From contig CM082579.2 in NCBI GenBank assembly GCA_040954595.2, positions 14,422,550 to 14,486,549 on the forward strand: 64,000 nt of DNA, in the 5' to 3' direction. The first letter of the stretch is position 1. Each line of letters begins with the position of its first letter. Below, piece after piece: positions 24,449 to 37,090 of this stretch. The DNA is from Balanoglossus misakiensis (Eukaryota; Animalia; Hemichordata). Position numbers and translations under genes: made by a program. The notes beneath the pieces are model-generated. The model ran no database searches. It saw only the letters and a list, made by a program, of their open reading frames with translations, and was not told the DNA's origin.

Positions 24449-27059
24449 GTGTTACGGTACCACCTGCTCCACAATAACAAAGCTGACTCGAGCCAACGAA
24501 CGACGTACAATTTACTCGCACGGTGTAATATAACGCACAAATTCCATGCGACTGTGAGTTTACTGTTTGGTGCTGTAACGCTTCCCAAAGTCAGAATTTC
24601 GATGTTGGGAGGACCCTCTCGCCCTACCACGACCAGTTTTTGCTAGAAGGAGTGTACATGTACTTGTAAAATAACATTAAATGCCATGCTTACCAGAGAA
24701 ACGACATCATCAAGCATGGAGGCGACCGGGACCTCCATGCTTGATGAACGTCAAAGCTGCAATGATTTTTCAAATGCAATGGTCAGCGGTACGAGAACGA
24801 GGCACCAGCTGTGCGTCAATTATGCAACTTACTTACTACTCAATCAGAATCCTGCTTCAACATGACGTAACACTAATTAGTCAAAGAATGCAATGCAACG
24901 TATGTGTGCGGGTGGAGAATGCGCCTCACGTCAATGCAGACACACCAGACACACACACTGAAATGCAAATTGAGGAATTATGTCACGGTGTTCTTTGGAA
25001 GTGCGAATGAATAAAATATTTCGTTTTCTTCAGTGTTTTTGTACTACAAAAAAAATTGCTAAAAAACGACTAGCAAGCGCTTATGCAATAAAATACAAAT
25101 AAATATAATTATCGCCAATTGGAAATGGAACGTCAATCCGCATTTGTCAAAAAATAACAGAAAAGACAAAGGAGCTGAGACGTCCTAAAATAAAAGGAAT
25201 GACCTCTCTGTTCTGACCTGTATGAGGAAGCCCTATTGTAATACGCAATATGTCGGATCATGCTACCATCCGCCATTCTGATTGGACGAGAGATCAATCC
25301 ATCGATACGAAAGTACTCAATAGAGCACTGCTAAAACTGGCCCCTGAACTAATAGCATGCAACAGGGAAAACGTGACTAAATAAAAAAAAATATAGCTGA
25401 TAAATTTACGGACGGCCGGTTTATTTTGTAACTGCTCTATTGGAACTGTTGTCACTGTCATGCACGATGCATGTCTTGTCATTGCGCACTCGTGTTAACA
25501 TTCATCAGAGCGCCTTTCGATCAATTCGTAACGTTTACATTAGACTCGAGTTCATTTTCGTTATGAAAATGACATTGATATACACAAAGTCGATTACTGA
25601 TATAAAATAATAGCAATAACCCTAACCATAGATTAGGCTATAGCATTCCGGTATTTTTTTCAATATCACTCAGGAAGGATTCTATAACATTCTGTTTTGT
25701 ATCGGGATGTATAATTTAATATCCATACTACAAAACAAATATCAGCGGTAACTCAGAAAATATTGTTGAAAATGTGTTCTCTGTAGGCCTAACCATGGTA
25801 AGATAATGCAATGCCGGTAAGTATTTTGGAAGTCAAGGTTGCATTGTATTGTCTGGTGTTCAAATAATCACAAACATCCCGGAAGACTAAATTCTTTCTG
25901 TCAAAACCACTTCTGCAACGACAAGAACTTTCAGGGCAGGCAAAACCATGGCATGAAGACGATATGAAGTCGATGAGTTAATGTTATGTTGAACCCGGCC
26001 ACTTTACGTATCTTAACTATTCACACATTGACCATTCTATAATTCTCTCCCTTTTGATGTCTTCTTTGTGGTTTGTTTGTAAAAATGTTGCCTGTGTTGA
26101 AACTTGACTACTTGTCACTTTTGCCTACCAAGAATAATATGACCAAAAGGGGTGGCATGAAATTCTAGACTGTAACAAAACTCGATTTCATGACCCAAAG
26201 TTTGATTTTATGTGTTTTTGGTTTGGACGTGGCAAAGACATGTAAATTCCGACCACCTATACACCATCCATACATGTATGAATCGACATCATTTATTGCA
26301 CGAGAGACTTCAAGCAAGCATTCCATCATCGCAAAAGGACAAAGAGAGAGCGACTTTGTCTCTTTAAATTAATTTAGCAAGTTCAAAGTGAATGCCCACA
26401 TGAAAACCTTTACTCAGCAATTTTTTTTGTAATTAATAAAACTAGGTTTGGTATGTTTTTGCGCTTGTTTTATTTTCCTTTTGTCTATAAATAGTCGTAT
26501 ATTTTAAAACAGCTAAAATGAGTCAAATGGGGCATTTTTCCATCCCACCTCATCCTAGCTAAGAGCTTCAGTGCCGGTCACCTCCACAAAATTAATTTAC
26601 CACGAACAAATTGAAATACAGCCAATCGGAAAAAGTGCGCCACCACATGGTCATTTGAAGACTTTTATGCTCTCTTCTGGCCGTAAACGCATGTGATCTG
26701 GAATAAATCGAACATCGATCGTGTTTTATTTATTTTCACCACCAGCGAAAATCTACGACGGCCCAACCGCAGATTATTGCTGCTCCATACAACAACCGGC
26801 TTAAACTGTTCTGTGCATGTGTTTTGTGTTCTGGTGGCGTTTGCGGGTCTGAGACGTCATTTGTAGAAGGCCCTATTCGTTTTCTACCAATAACTTTTAC
26901 CAACCATGCTAGAACTATTTCGTTTTCTTTGACGACGCTTGACACTTTTCTTGCTTTGTTGTTAGTACATGTAGTTTGTTTGTTCGTTACGTCTGTTACT
27001 GGGGTTCTTCACTTGTAGTCTGGTTACACTATGAGATAGGTGCCGTTAATCAGAATTTT

Positions 27060-28540
27060 TGGTAAGGAAGGTTTGAGAAGTCCATTCTATGTAAAAAATG
27101 GTGCTCATTCCAAAAAAGTCAGTCTTATTAACCCCACTCAAGACAAAATTGCCATTTTGGCCATTTTTAACCCCAAAATGGTCTTTTTTAGAAAACACTA
27201 AAAACACATTTTTTTCGTCACATTCTGAGATCTGATAACATATGATATGCTTATTCTATGTAAAATTTGGTGAATATTACGAAAAAAGTAGTTCGATTGA
27301 CCCAAAACAACAGAAAATTGCCTTTTTGACCAATTTTTGCCCCAAAAACGTCATTTTTAGAAAAAAAATAAAACACACGGTTTTCTTCATAATGATTGAT
27401 CTGGTGATATATGGAAAGTCAATTCTATGTTAAAAGTGGTGACTTTAAAAAATAAAGCAGTCTTTTTGACCTCAATCAATACAAAAATGCCATTTTTGGC
27501 CACTTTTTGTGGTCAAAAAAGGTCATTTTTACAAAAAAACTAAAAATAAATTGTGTTTATCATATTCAGAGATCATTGGATATATGAAATGTCCATTCTA
27601 TGTAAAAAATGGTGCTGATTCCAGAAATAGCAGTCTTATTGACCCTACTCAAGAAAAAATTCCATTTTTGCCACTTTTTGCCCCAAAACGTCATTTTCAG
27701 AAAACACACAAAATTTATATATTTTCTTCACTTTCGGAGATCTGATAATGTATTATATGCCCACCCTATGTAAAATCTGGTGATTATTCGAAAAAAGCAG
27801 ATTTATTGACCCAACCTAATGCAAAAATGCCCTTTTGGAAAGTTTTTGCCCAAAAAGGCCATTTTTAGAAAAAAATTTAAAAACAAACTTTTCTTCATAA
27901 AGCTCAGAGATCATGTGATATATGAAATGTTCATCCTATGTAAAAAATGGTGCTGATTCCAGAAATAGCAGTCTTATTGATCCTACTCAAGAAAAAATGC
28001 CATTTTGCCACTTTTTGCCCCCAAAACGTCATTTTCAGAAAACACTCAAAATTTATATATTTTCTTCACTTTCGGAGATCTGATAATGAATTATATGCCC
28101 ACTGTATGTGAAAAGTTTCCAAAAAAGCAGTTTTATTGATGCCACTCAAGATAAAAGTGCCTTTTTGGCAAGTTTTTGCCCAAAAAGTGTCATTTCTAGA
28201 AAATACGAAAATTATGCCATTTTCTTCCCATTGGTGATCAAATGATAAATAAAAGTACTAAAAAACCCACTCTTACTGACCCCACTGAGGGAAAAAAATA
28301 TCATTTTGGCCTCTTTGCTCAAAAAGGTAACTGTTAGAAAAAATAAATACAAACTTATTCCTTTATATTCAGAGCCCTTGTGATGTATGTAAATTCGTTT
28401 TTTTTTGTGTGTGTGTGTGTGTGCAAAAAATATGCTGATACCAGCACAACGGTCTTATTGAGACACCCCGCTCAGTACAAAATTGCCATTTAGCCATCTT
28501 TTGGTCAACAATAGGCATTTTCAGAAAACAAATATAATTG
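27060..28540. repeat. Diverged tandem repeat of about 170 bp, about 9 copies, with a dimeric (about 340-bp) substructure
   Basis: CTATGTAAAA-like anchors at about 27086, 27256, 27425, 27598, 27766, 27936 and 28104. Units at about 27590 and 27930 are nearly identical. Confidence 0.85.
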
Positions 28541-28755
28541 ATGTTATATCGTGGCGGCTGTCCGGCTCCTGCAAACGCAGCGTACTGAGACACGAATGGG
28601 TTCGGGTATGACATCTGCTGGAAGTGTTGCTGGTATGCTGCGGCCGGATAGGGTGGGGGTTGTTGGTTCGCAGAAGCTACAGGCTGGGGTGTGTTTGTGC
28701 TTGTGCTTGTTGTGGCAGTATCAGCAGAGGTTGCTATGCTTTTCTTTGTCTCTTC
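28540..28755 (-). pseudogene. Orphan coding-like exon, T/S- then P/Q/Y/A-rich, truncated by the 170-bp repeat
   Basis: Acceptor TTCTTTTTATCCTCCACAG|GAA, then an open frame EETKKSIATSADTATTSTSTNTPQPVASANQQPPPYPAAAYQQHFQQMSYPNPFVSQYAAFAGAGQPPRY. No donor is seen before it runs into repeat. Confidence 0.6.
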
Positions 28756-29060
28756 CTGTGGAGGATAAAAAGAACACAGTGTTTTTGCAAAGGTCGGGGA
28801 ACACTGGTAATGGATTTGGGAACCCCGTTAATATTCCTATAACCTCCTAATATAACCACATTGATACACCCAGGGGAACCCCGGTAAAATGACTGGGGAA
28901 CTCTGGTAGACTGCCTGACCACTGTGACATTGGCCTTGTTCTGTTGTTTTAATTCGGAGTGACTGGGGTACTCCGGTAGATTTTATCTAGGTACCGCCCT
29001 TAACAAAAACACTAGAACAGAATCACAATTTGGAAGGCATGAGAGGCAAATACCATTTAA

Positions 29061-29345
29061 GGATGTACACGCACAATATAAACTGATAAACAGTGCATGT
29101 GTGTCTGTTCCTGAAAGGATTACATCGATAATTGCCAGAAAACAAACTTCTACTATTGTCTTTTTCACGAAATTTTACACATAGCTCAGTCAAGTAAACG
29201 TAAATTCATTGCTCAAAAAAAATTATGTGGTCACCAAGCTCTATTATGAGATAAATTGCGTTAAAATCTTCGCCCATAGACAAACCATTGGTGAAAAATG
29301 CTGAGACAGCAAATTTCTTCTATTATCAACTAAATTCATGGCTCT
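29061..29345. mobile_element. Fragment of a TTAA|GGATGTAC element family; related sequence inverted at 38742-39050
   Basis: Both loci begin TTAAGGATGTAC. 29135-29342 is the reverse complement of about 38865-39050 (CATAGACAAACCATTGGT vs ACCAATGGTTTGTCTATG). Confidence 0.65.
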
Positions 29346-31086
29346 GTATTTTTTTTAAAAAGGGCAATGACCCCTACAATTTTTAACGGATTCTCATTAT
29401 ACATACACAGCATAATCCAAAAATCCACAATTAAAAGAATGACAATACTTTCAACGTGTATAATACCAGCATACACCTGTTTCAAGTCCAGTGTCCTAAT
29501 ACACCATCATCATGAATTGGAACTCAAAGCAAGGCCAATGAGCAAACCCAGATTGACAACTCATTACACCAGCAAAGTGGTTTCTTTATGGAAGTGGTGG
29601 TACCAATAAATACTTTATTCAAGGTAAGAATTTCTTATTGTAGCAGTATTTTCATTTCCATTCATGTTTTAAAGGCCTTTTTTGTAGATTCTGAGTTTCT
29701 ATGCCAGACAAAGTATGATTATTTTTCCACTAATGCAGCCTGAATTAAAGTCAACATTTTTCACCATAGGTCTTTCTATGTTATTTTTCTATAGGCATGG
29801 ACACATTTAAGTTTATCTCAAAACTGAGCACAGTGGTGAGCCTACAACTTATATGAATCACTCAATTTAATTTCATTTGGATGAGTTATGAGTGAAACTT
29901 CTTAAAATTACAATAGTAGAAAAGGGTTTTCTATCAATTCTTAATGTTATCCTATGGGAAGAAACACATTCCATGAGCTCATACATGTAGTGTGTGCCAT
30001 TCTTAACCCTTTCAGTATTATATGAATCAGATATAGAAGCTTGTTCAACGTCCCGTTGCGGCCAAGCCAATCAGATTGCACGTTATGTCAATCAAAACTG
30101 AAGGATACCTAAAGTTCTCTATAAGGCACCGTCTGATTGGTTTACTAGAGTTTTCAACGGGAGCTTCTATGGGAGTTGGTCAGATGTAGTGTGAGGCGAC
30201 AGTATAAGAATACCGTACTGCGAAGTAAAAGACGTCGCCGTACCCTACATCTGATTTTAATCAGATTGTATGCACACATAAGCTGGTTTAGAATACTGAT
30301 AAACCCTGATGAAACAATCTCAGTAAAATATATACAGATGAGAATGAGAATGCAGTTAAAGTTAAATATACATTCGTTGTATCTTTTGGCTTTATTTCCA
30401 GTATTTTTGTTCTATGTAGCAAATGCGATTTCATGTTCTACTCCACACAGATTGTTACTTGTCAGCACAGAATGTATGTGTATAATGGCCATTGTCATTG
30501 TTGACAATAATTCATGGATTCTAGTCTGGACTTAAATTCCAATTTGGCACAATAACAATGCTGACCATACACATATATGTTTCATCATGTTTCGGGAATT
30601 TGCACAAGAAACTGCTAAACAAAGATACTGAAAACATAGGAAAAAGGTAAAGGTAATGGAGCTTTAATTACAATTCACACTGTATACAAAATCCATGTAA
30701 AAATTCAAAATACTGGATTTGTCAGCTTCAACTGATATGGGGGTCACACAAGAAATTGCTAAAACGTCTCAGATCAAATACTGGCATAAATTATTATTGG
30801 TGAATGGTTTAAGTGGTCCTGAATCTTCTCAGATTTGAGACACGTCTCTTACCAGGTTCACACAGGGTAAAATTTGAGACACTATTAGTCTATGGTAAAC
30901 ACAGAGCGTTAATACTTTGGGGGGGGGGGGGGTTAGCTGGGCAGGCCCGCCCTCCTTTATTTTTTGCCACCCTGCTATCTTACGCGCCGCCCTGCTTTCT
31001 TTTCATTCCCGCCTTGGTAAATATTTATTGTTTCTGGTGCACGCTCCCGCATGCGGCTGGCATTTGAGAGAATGATATTTATTCAG

Positions 31087-32183
31087 TTTAGGGATGTTTT
31101 GTCGCCTTTGTACAAAACACAAGCAGAAGGCCAAGTGCGGAGGGACTTGGGTTACAACATCTCCATGTACATGTACCACCCTTCGCGAAGACAAACTCAA
31201 GCAGCATGAAGAGACGATTATCGACCGGGCGGCAATGCAGCTTGACGCCGAGGCAGCAGTTATCGAGAACAGCAGCGGTCTTGTGGCTGCATTTGACAAG
31301 GTCATCACCTTTGAGACGCAAGCCTTCATGCATCGGCGTCCTACGATGCATGTATTTTCTCATGCACAGAGAATTGCCGCACACCACCAACTTCATCCAT
31401 GTTTTGGAATTGGCAAAGTCCCTCGGGTGTTCATTCCTTTGTACTCTCAGCAGTGATGACCACAACTATAATGGTTTATTGCATTGGTAAGTAGGTCTAC
31501 TGATTTTTGTGCAGATCTAAATTGTAGGCAATGTAGTAACATTTATTTAAACCTGGTTGTTTTCAAGAAAGGATCACTGTTTAAGCAATAGTGTTACACT
31601 CAATAAAGAATAATTACTGTACAAATTACTGTGAATTTTGATAAGTTTAATCTGAAGAGTAATTTTCATTTATTTCATTTTTCAGGCAAAGTCATCCGTG
31701 ATGAGATTTTAGAGAAGATGAAAGGAAGTAACTTCTATTCACTGTTAATAGATGAAAACAACTGATGTGGCTGTATTGAAGCAATTAATCATCTATTCCA
31801 AGTACACCTTGAAGTCTGGGAAGTCAGTTGTGTCTTTCCTTGGAGTTAAAGAAGTAAGTGGAAAGTTTTTCAATTTTTAAGTCTACACTGAATTAAAAAC
31901 ATACGATTAAACATGTTTTTGAGTGACCTCATTTAATTGATTTTGCTGACTAGTTATTTCAGGTGAGACAAACATTGAGTTGTACATTGCATGTGTTAAC
32001 ATCAAGGTTTTATTTTCACTGTTTTAGGTTGGTGATGGCAGAGCAGACACCATTGCACAGTCAGTGAAAGAGTTTTCTTCAGAGAATGGTATTGTCTTAA
32101 GAGATCGTATGTCTGCTTTGGGCAGTGATGGTGCTCCTGTTATGCTAGGACAGAAAGGAGGGGTGGCTACCAAACTAAAAGAA
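31087..32183 (+). pseudogene. Intron-containing hAT-superfamily transposase (ZNF862/DUF4371-like), frameshifted and 3'-truncated; exons 31087-31486, 31686-31853, 32028-32183
   Basis: Exon 1: TTF-type zinc finger GMFCRLCTKH...REDKLKQHE and, after a frameshift, LRCMYFLMHRELPHTTNF. Exon 2: FYSLLIDE(fs)TTDVAVLKQLIIYSKY...FLGVKE. Exon 3: GRADTI...ALGSDGAPVMLGQKGGVATKLKE. Canonical AG acceptors and GTAAGT/GTGAGT donors. Confidence 0.92.
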
Positions 32184-32269
32184 GTGAGTGAAATTTTGAG
32201 TTGTGAAGACATTGTGATTTTGTAAGTTTTTAGTTGGTGTCTTTATATCGTGACAATAATAATAGTAAT

Positions 32270-34550
32270 AATTAAAGCTCCAAGCAGCATTGAAGGGGCC
32301 CAAGCATAGAGATAATAACCATTAGACTCCATTCAGGGTTGTACCATTCAATTGCGTAGGCTGTATTTGCTCTGGATGTGGAGATATGGGGAAGTAGGCA
32401 ACCACCCGAAATGGATGTCCTACAAGTACAAACACAACAACCACAAGTGAACTTCTACGTTATGTAAGTACTTCAGTTACGTACTTCAAAGGTCAGCTGA
32501 GGGTACCCAAAAATTGGGCCAAAAATTTGGATTCCTATTTGGTTCATATTCAAGACAACGGAAAATTCTCGCCCTTTGGGTTTTTAAAATTAGGTATGGC
32601 CATAATAATGAGTTACGCAAGTAAGTTACAGGTGGCCCTAGGAATTTAGCATTTCATGACGGTCCTACCCTACCCCTCCAAACACGTGGCTATATATGAT
32701 GTGCATGCTAACATATGGAAAGCAGGTCAATGGACACCTGAGGTCATTCAAAAATTTGACAGAAAAATTTCATTCCTGTTTATGTCTTGTGCAACAAATC
32801 CTACATTTGCAGCCCTTTCACTTTGCCTAACATTAGGTATGCACGTAATACATGAATCAAGCAGGTGTCAAAGGTATCCCCCTGTATTTGGCATTTCATG
32901 ATAGTTTCATCCCTCCAAATACCAAAGCTGCACCTGTACAACGGGATGAGATATGGCACTCTATGACAGAGGTCATCCAAATCACCTTATACATCAATCA
33001 ATCAATCAATCAGAGAAATTTGTATAGCGCCAGTATCTATAACAAGTGTCATACTCAAAGGCGCTTGTGCTCATTGGCCCACACCATATGCTCTTGCGAA
33101 ATAATGCGTCTTCAGTCTTTTCTTAAAGATACTCAAACTTGGAGCTTGACGAATGTTCCACAGTTTCGTTGCAGCATGAGAGAATGCTCGGCCACCGTAT
33201 GAAGAACGTTTGTACATTGTAGTGCATAAAAGGTTCTTATTAGCTGAACGAAGCCTGCGACCAGGAGAATATGTCCGAATGAGATCGCGGATATAGTTCG
33301 GAGCGAGATTATTTAAGGCTTTGTATGAGAGCAGATTTATTTTATACTCTATCCTGTGGCGAACTGGTAACCAATGAAGAAGTTGAAGAACTGGCGTTAT
33401 ATGGGCAGACTTCCTGGACCGAGTTATGATTCTTGCAGCTGTATTTTGTGTGCGTTGTAGAAGGTTCAGACTGCGTTCTGGTATACCATACAGTAATGCA
33501 TTACCATAGTCGAGTTTCGCTGCCAAAATAGCATGAATCACTGTTTGACATGTTGCTTTGTTAAGAAATTTCCTGATTTGTCCGACACGGCGAAAGTGGT
33601 AATATATTGATTGACAAGTTTTCTTGATGTGATCTTTATACATGTGCGTATTGTCAAATATTACACCAATATTGCGAGCTGATTTAACGACGGGAACAGA
33701 GCTTGAACCAATGGTAATCTTGTCAATAGCATCAGCAGAGTGATGAAATTGTGAACGAATAAGTAGAATCTCAGTTTTTGGAGTCGTTGAGTTGAAGCTT
33801 GTTTTGGGTCATCCAGTCCTTAAGATCACGGATACAGGCCTCAATGGACATTTGGGCAAAAACCAACTGACACTTACATTCGTCCCTGTGGAACAAAAAC
33901 CACACCTATCGCCCTGTTGGTTAGTGTCTAATTAAATGTACAAAATCAATGACTTAGGCAGGTGCAACAGACGACCCCGCCTTTGGTATATCATTATGGT
34001 CCCATCCGTATATGCCCCCCCCCCTCCCAAGCCAAAGCTGCATGCATCTGCTGTGGATGCTCACTAAGCAAAAGTAGGTGAAAGGTCACATAAGGTCGCC
34101 CACAACTTGACGGGAAAATCGGACTTCATATTGATCCATGTGCAACAAATAGCACGCTACCACCCCTTTCATTGACCCCACAATTACGCATGCACATAAT
34201 TATTGAGTTATGCAGGTGTCACAGGTGACACCCGAATCGGGTGTATTATTTTAGTCCCATACAGCTGCATGTAGCTGCGTGCCGTTACGGGCGACCTGAT
34301 AACCCACACGGCCACCTGCGGGCCGACCCCCATACTGAACGTCCAGTTGCAACATCACGACTGAAGTAGGAACTTTTGAACGGCAACGAAGCCTGATCTC
34401 TGATTATTGCTGGTACCATACTCCTGTCGTGCAAGAAAATCACTGGTCTGCTGACGTATTTCAGCCAATTTCCCAAACTACTATCCACTACATGTGACTA
34501 CAATGCTAATGAAACCTCCCACAACATTAGCGACTTAGGGTCAAAGTCCA
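32270..34550 (+). mobile_element. HINE-like host element interrupted by LINE insertions (continues at 37090-37690)
   Basis: 34432-34550 is similar to 37162-37285 (AATCACTGGTCTG...ACGTATTTCAGCC...CCACAACATTA...GGTCAAAGTCC). A terminal hairpin AGGGGACCAAG...CTTGGTCCCCT lies at about 37653-37686. Confidence 0.5.
32993..33870 (-). mobile_element. 5'-truncated L2/CR1-group LINE with (ATTG)n tail
   Basis: ORF 33071-33643 (KLDYGNALLYGIP, LQRTQNTAARIIT, HITPVLQLLHWLPVRHRIEYK, YGGRAFSHAATKLWN) plus upstream DWMTQNKLQLNDSKTE and ARNIGVIFD. The tail reads ATCAATCAATCAATC on the plus strand. Confidence 0.93.
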
Positions 34551-37090
34551 CTGTTTTAAATTTTTTCATCGGTTTTACTTTAAAGGATGCCCACAAACTG
34601 CAACAGTAAATATTACTACAATATGCCAAAAATAAAACTTTCTTCACATCTTGACTAAAATGTTGAAAATGTCTCAATAGCATGTTTGCTCTAACACAAA
34701 ATGCTCTTCTCTGTCGTTCAATATCTTCATTATCACAACCCTCACAAGATATAACATGGCCCAGATAGGTGTGTACAGGTACAAACTTTAAAGTGATGTC
34801 ATTAAGTTTAACCGAAGGAATTCTTTGAACGCTCATATTCTTCCCATTAAAAAGCATGCACACAGTTTTACTAGAATTATCAATTATATCATAATCCTTG
34901 CCATAAATTTCACAAATTCTAAGAAGACGGTGTAGACCCTTAATACTTGGACTGAGTAGAGTCATGTCGTCAGCGTAACCTAAAGTGTTAGCGCTGACAC
35001 CACACATGGTACAGCCAACTTTGGCTTTACAGAGTGCATTGATAAGATCATCAATGTAGACATTAAAAAGATAGGGAGAGAGTACTCCCCCTTGTCTTAC
35101 ACCGTTAGAAACAGAAAACAACTCTGAGGTTTCATTACCCCACAACACAGTAAACAATTGATTTCTGTACCATTAAAGGTCACATGTCATGCTTTGGAAA
35201 GTTTTCATTTTTCCACGTCAAAAGCTCACCTAGGGTACCTGTCTATGCATTGCCTATTGTGTCCGTTCCGAAAAATGTGCACGAATGCCGGAATTTGCCA
35301 CCTTTTTTCATGCCTGTGATCGGGGAGCCACTTCGCACTCGAGCCAGGCGAAGGTATTTGCATATGGACAAACAAGTACACTATGTCGTAGTGTACCATT
35401 CTGTTTACAGTAAAGTGTAATTATCGGTCCATGAGTAATTAAGTCCACAGACAAAGATAAGCTATATAAACAGTGTTCAAAGCAAAGGAAGCCCTTGCCT
35501 CACATTGCAGGCAGAGGATTTACAAAGGTGTGAAAGACTATTTGTCCACATCAAGATAAGTCTTCGGCTTAACTTCGAAAAGCCAAAAAAAATCGACTGA
35601 GTTGGGTTAGGGGTACACGCCCACCCGCCACTTTTACTTGCTTGTTATCTAAGCACAAGGGGCAAAACGCATTGCAAGATGGTAACATACGTTAACTTCA
35701 AGACCCAAATAGTGATTTTACGCGTGGTTGTATAGGGCATGGCATGGGACCTTTAATATAAAATTCGTACAGCATACAAGGGAACATTCCTGTCGATGAG
35801 CTTGTTAACCAGTTTAAAGTGATTAACTCTGTCAAAAGCTTTTGAAGCATCCAGAAAACAAGTAAACACTGGTCTTCCATTGCTGGTGTAGTAGCTAATG
35901 ATTTCTTTAAATGCAAATAAACACAGGTCAGTTGAATGTTCTCGCTTGAAACCAAATTGTAAATAATGAGAGGTAAGAAACTCCTCACAACGAGAAAGTA
36001 AAATAGGCTCAAAAACTTTAGAGAAAACAGTTGCTAGTGCTATCGGCCGGTAGTTACTGGCATCACTACAAAGCTTAGTTTTATCCTTAATTGGAACTAA
36101 AATAACTTTGATAGCCTCAGTTTGCAGGTAACCATGAACAATCAAGTCAAAATGGGTAAAATAGAGGAGTCTGAGAATTTGAGGTGCTCAGCTGAAATAT
36201 TGTCAATGCCAGCTGTCTTATCGTCAGGTAACTTATGTATAGCAGAAATTACTTCTTCTTCAGAAACATACATATCAGAAGAAAATTTAACATACTTCAT
36301 TTTCTCCTCGATGTCATTTTTACCAGTCTGAGCCTGGACAGAATTCAAAATATCACTGAAATGCTTGTGCCACATAATTGCAATTTCACTCTCACCAGTC
36401 GCTCCACCTACAGTGTCAGAAAGCGGCATTTTTCTGCTAGTTTGCTTTCTGACTTCCTTCCAGAAGTCGTTCTGTTTGTGGCAGCGTAAATTGTCAGCCA
36501 TCTTGTCAGCCCTATTTTGATTCTCAATCTTTTTACAAGCACGTAAAGCATACTTAAAACGAGCTCTGGAAGATTTCATGGTTTCAAAAAGCGGGCCTTG
36601 TTAAGGTTTACCCCATTAACCCATAATAAAAACATGGAACGGGCATAGTCGTGACTTTCTTTTACAAAATCGTTCCAGCCAGGCACAACATGAACTTTCT
36701 GGTGAAACTTACGCCTAATGGTATCTTTTGCAGCACAATTCAATGCGTCCACAACACTACTATAACAAGTATCAATTGCCTGTAAATGCGAAGGGTATGT
36801 ACAGTTCACATTAGTGCAGAATAACTCTTCGGATATATTAATCTTATCAACCTTGGCTTTGGTACAACGGGTGTAGGCGTATATATTCTGCTGTGACAAT
36901 TTTTTCCAATCAACTCGAAAATTACATTGCTTGAAGGAACTACTGCTGAAGCATTCATCAGCAGAAGTGTTGAAATGAACCTCTATTGAAACAGGAATAT
37001 GGTCGGAGTCAACAACATTGCAAAGACTCGAAATTGAAAGAACATTGCTATAAAAAATTTTAGTGGTAACACAGTGGTCAATCCAAACTC
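34550..37090 (-). mobile_element. Degraded non-LTR retrotransposon ORF (APE C-terminus + RT), RTE-X-like
   Basis: WIDHC...DSDHIPV (APE end), VVPGWNDFVKE, KTAGIDNISAEHLK, NYRPIALATVFSKVFE, QFGFK, FLDASKAFDRVNH, GVRQGGVLSPYLFNVYIDDL and YADD, spread over frameshifted ORFs. The clade assignment rests on motif resemblance only. Confidence 0.92.
35177..35752. mobile_element. TTAA-flanked non-autonomous element (Kolobok-like) inserted in the RT domain
   Basis: TTAA|AGGTCACATGTCATGC ... GCATGGCATGGGACCT|TTAA. Removing it rejoins RILY*WYRNQLFTVLWG in frame. Confidence 0.9.
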
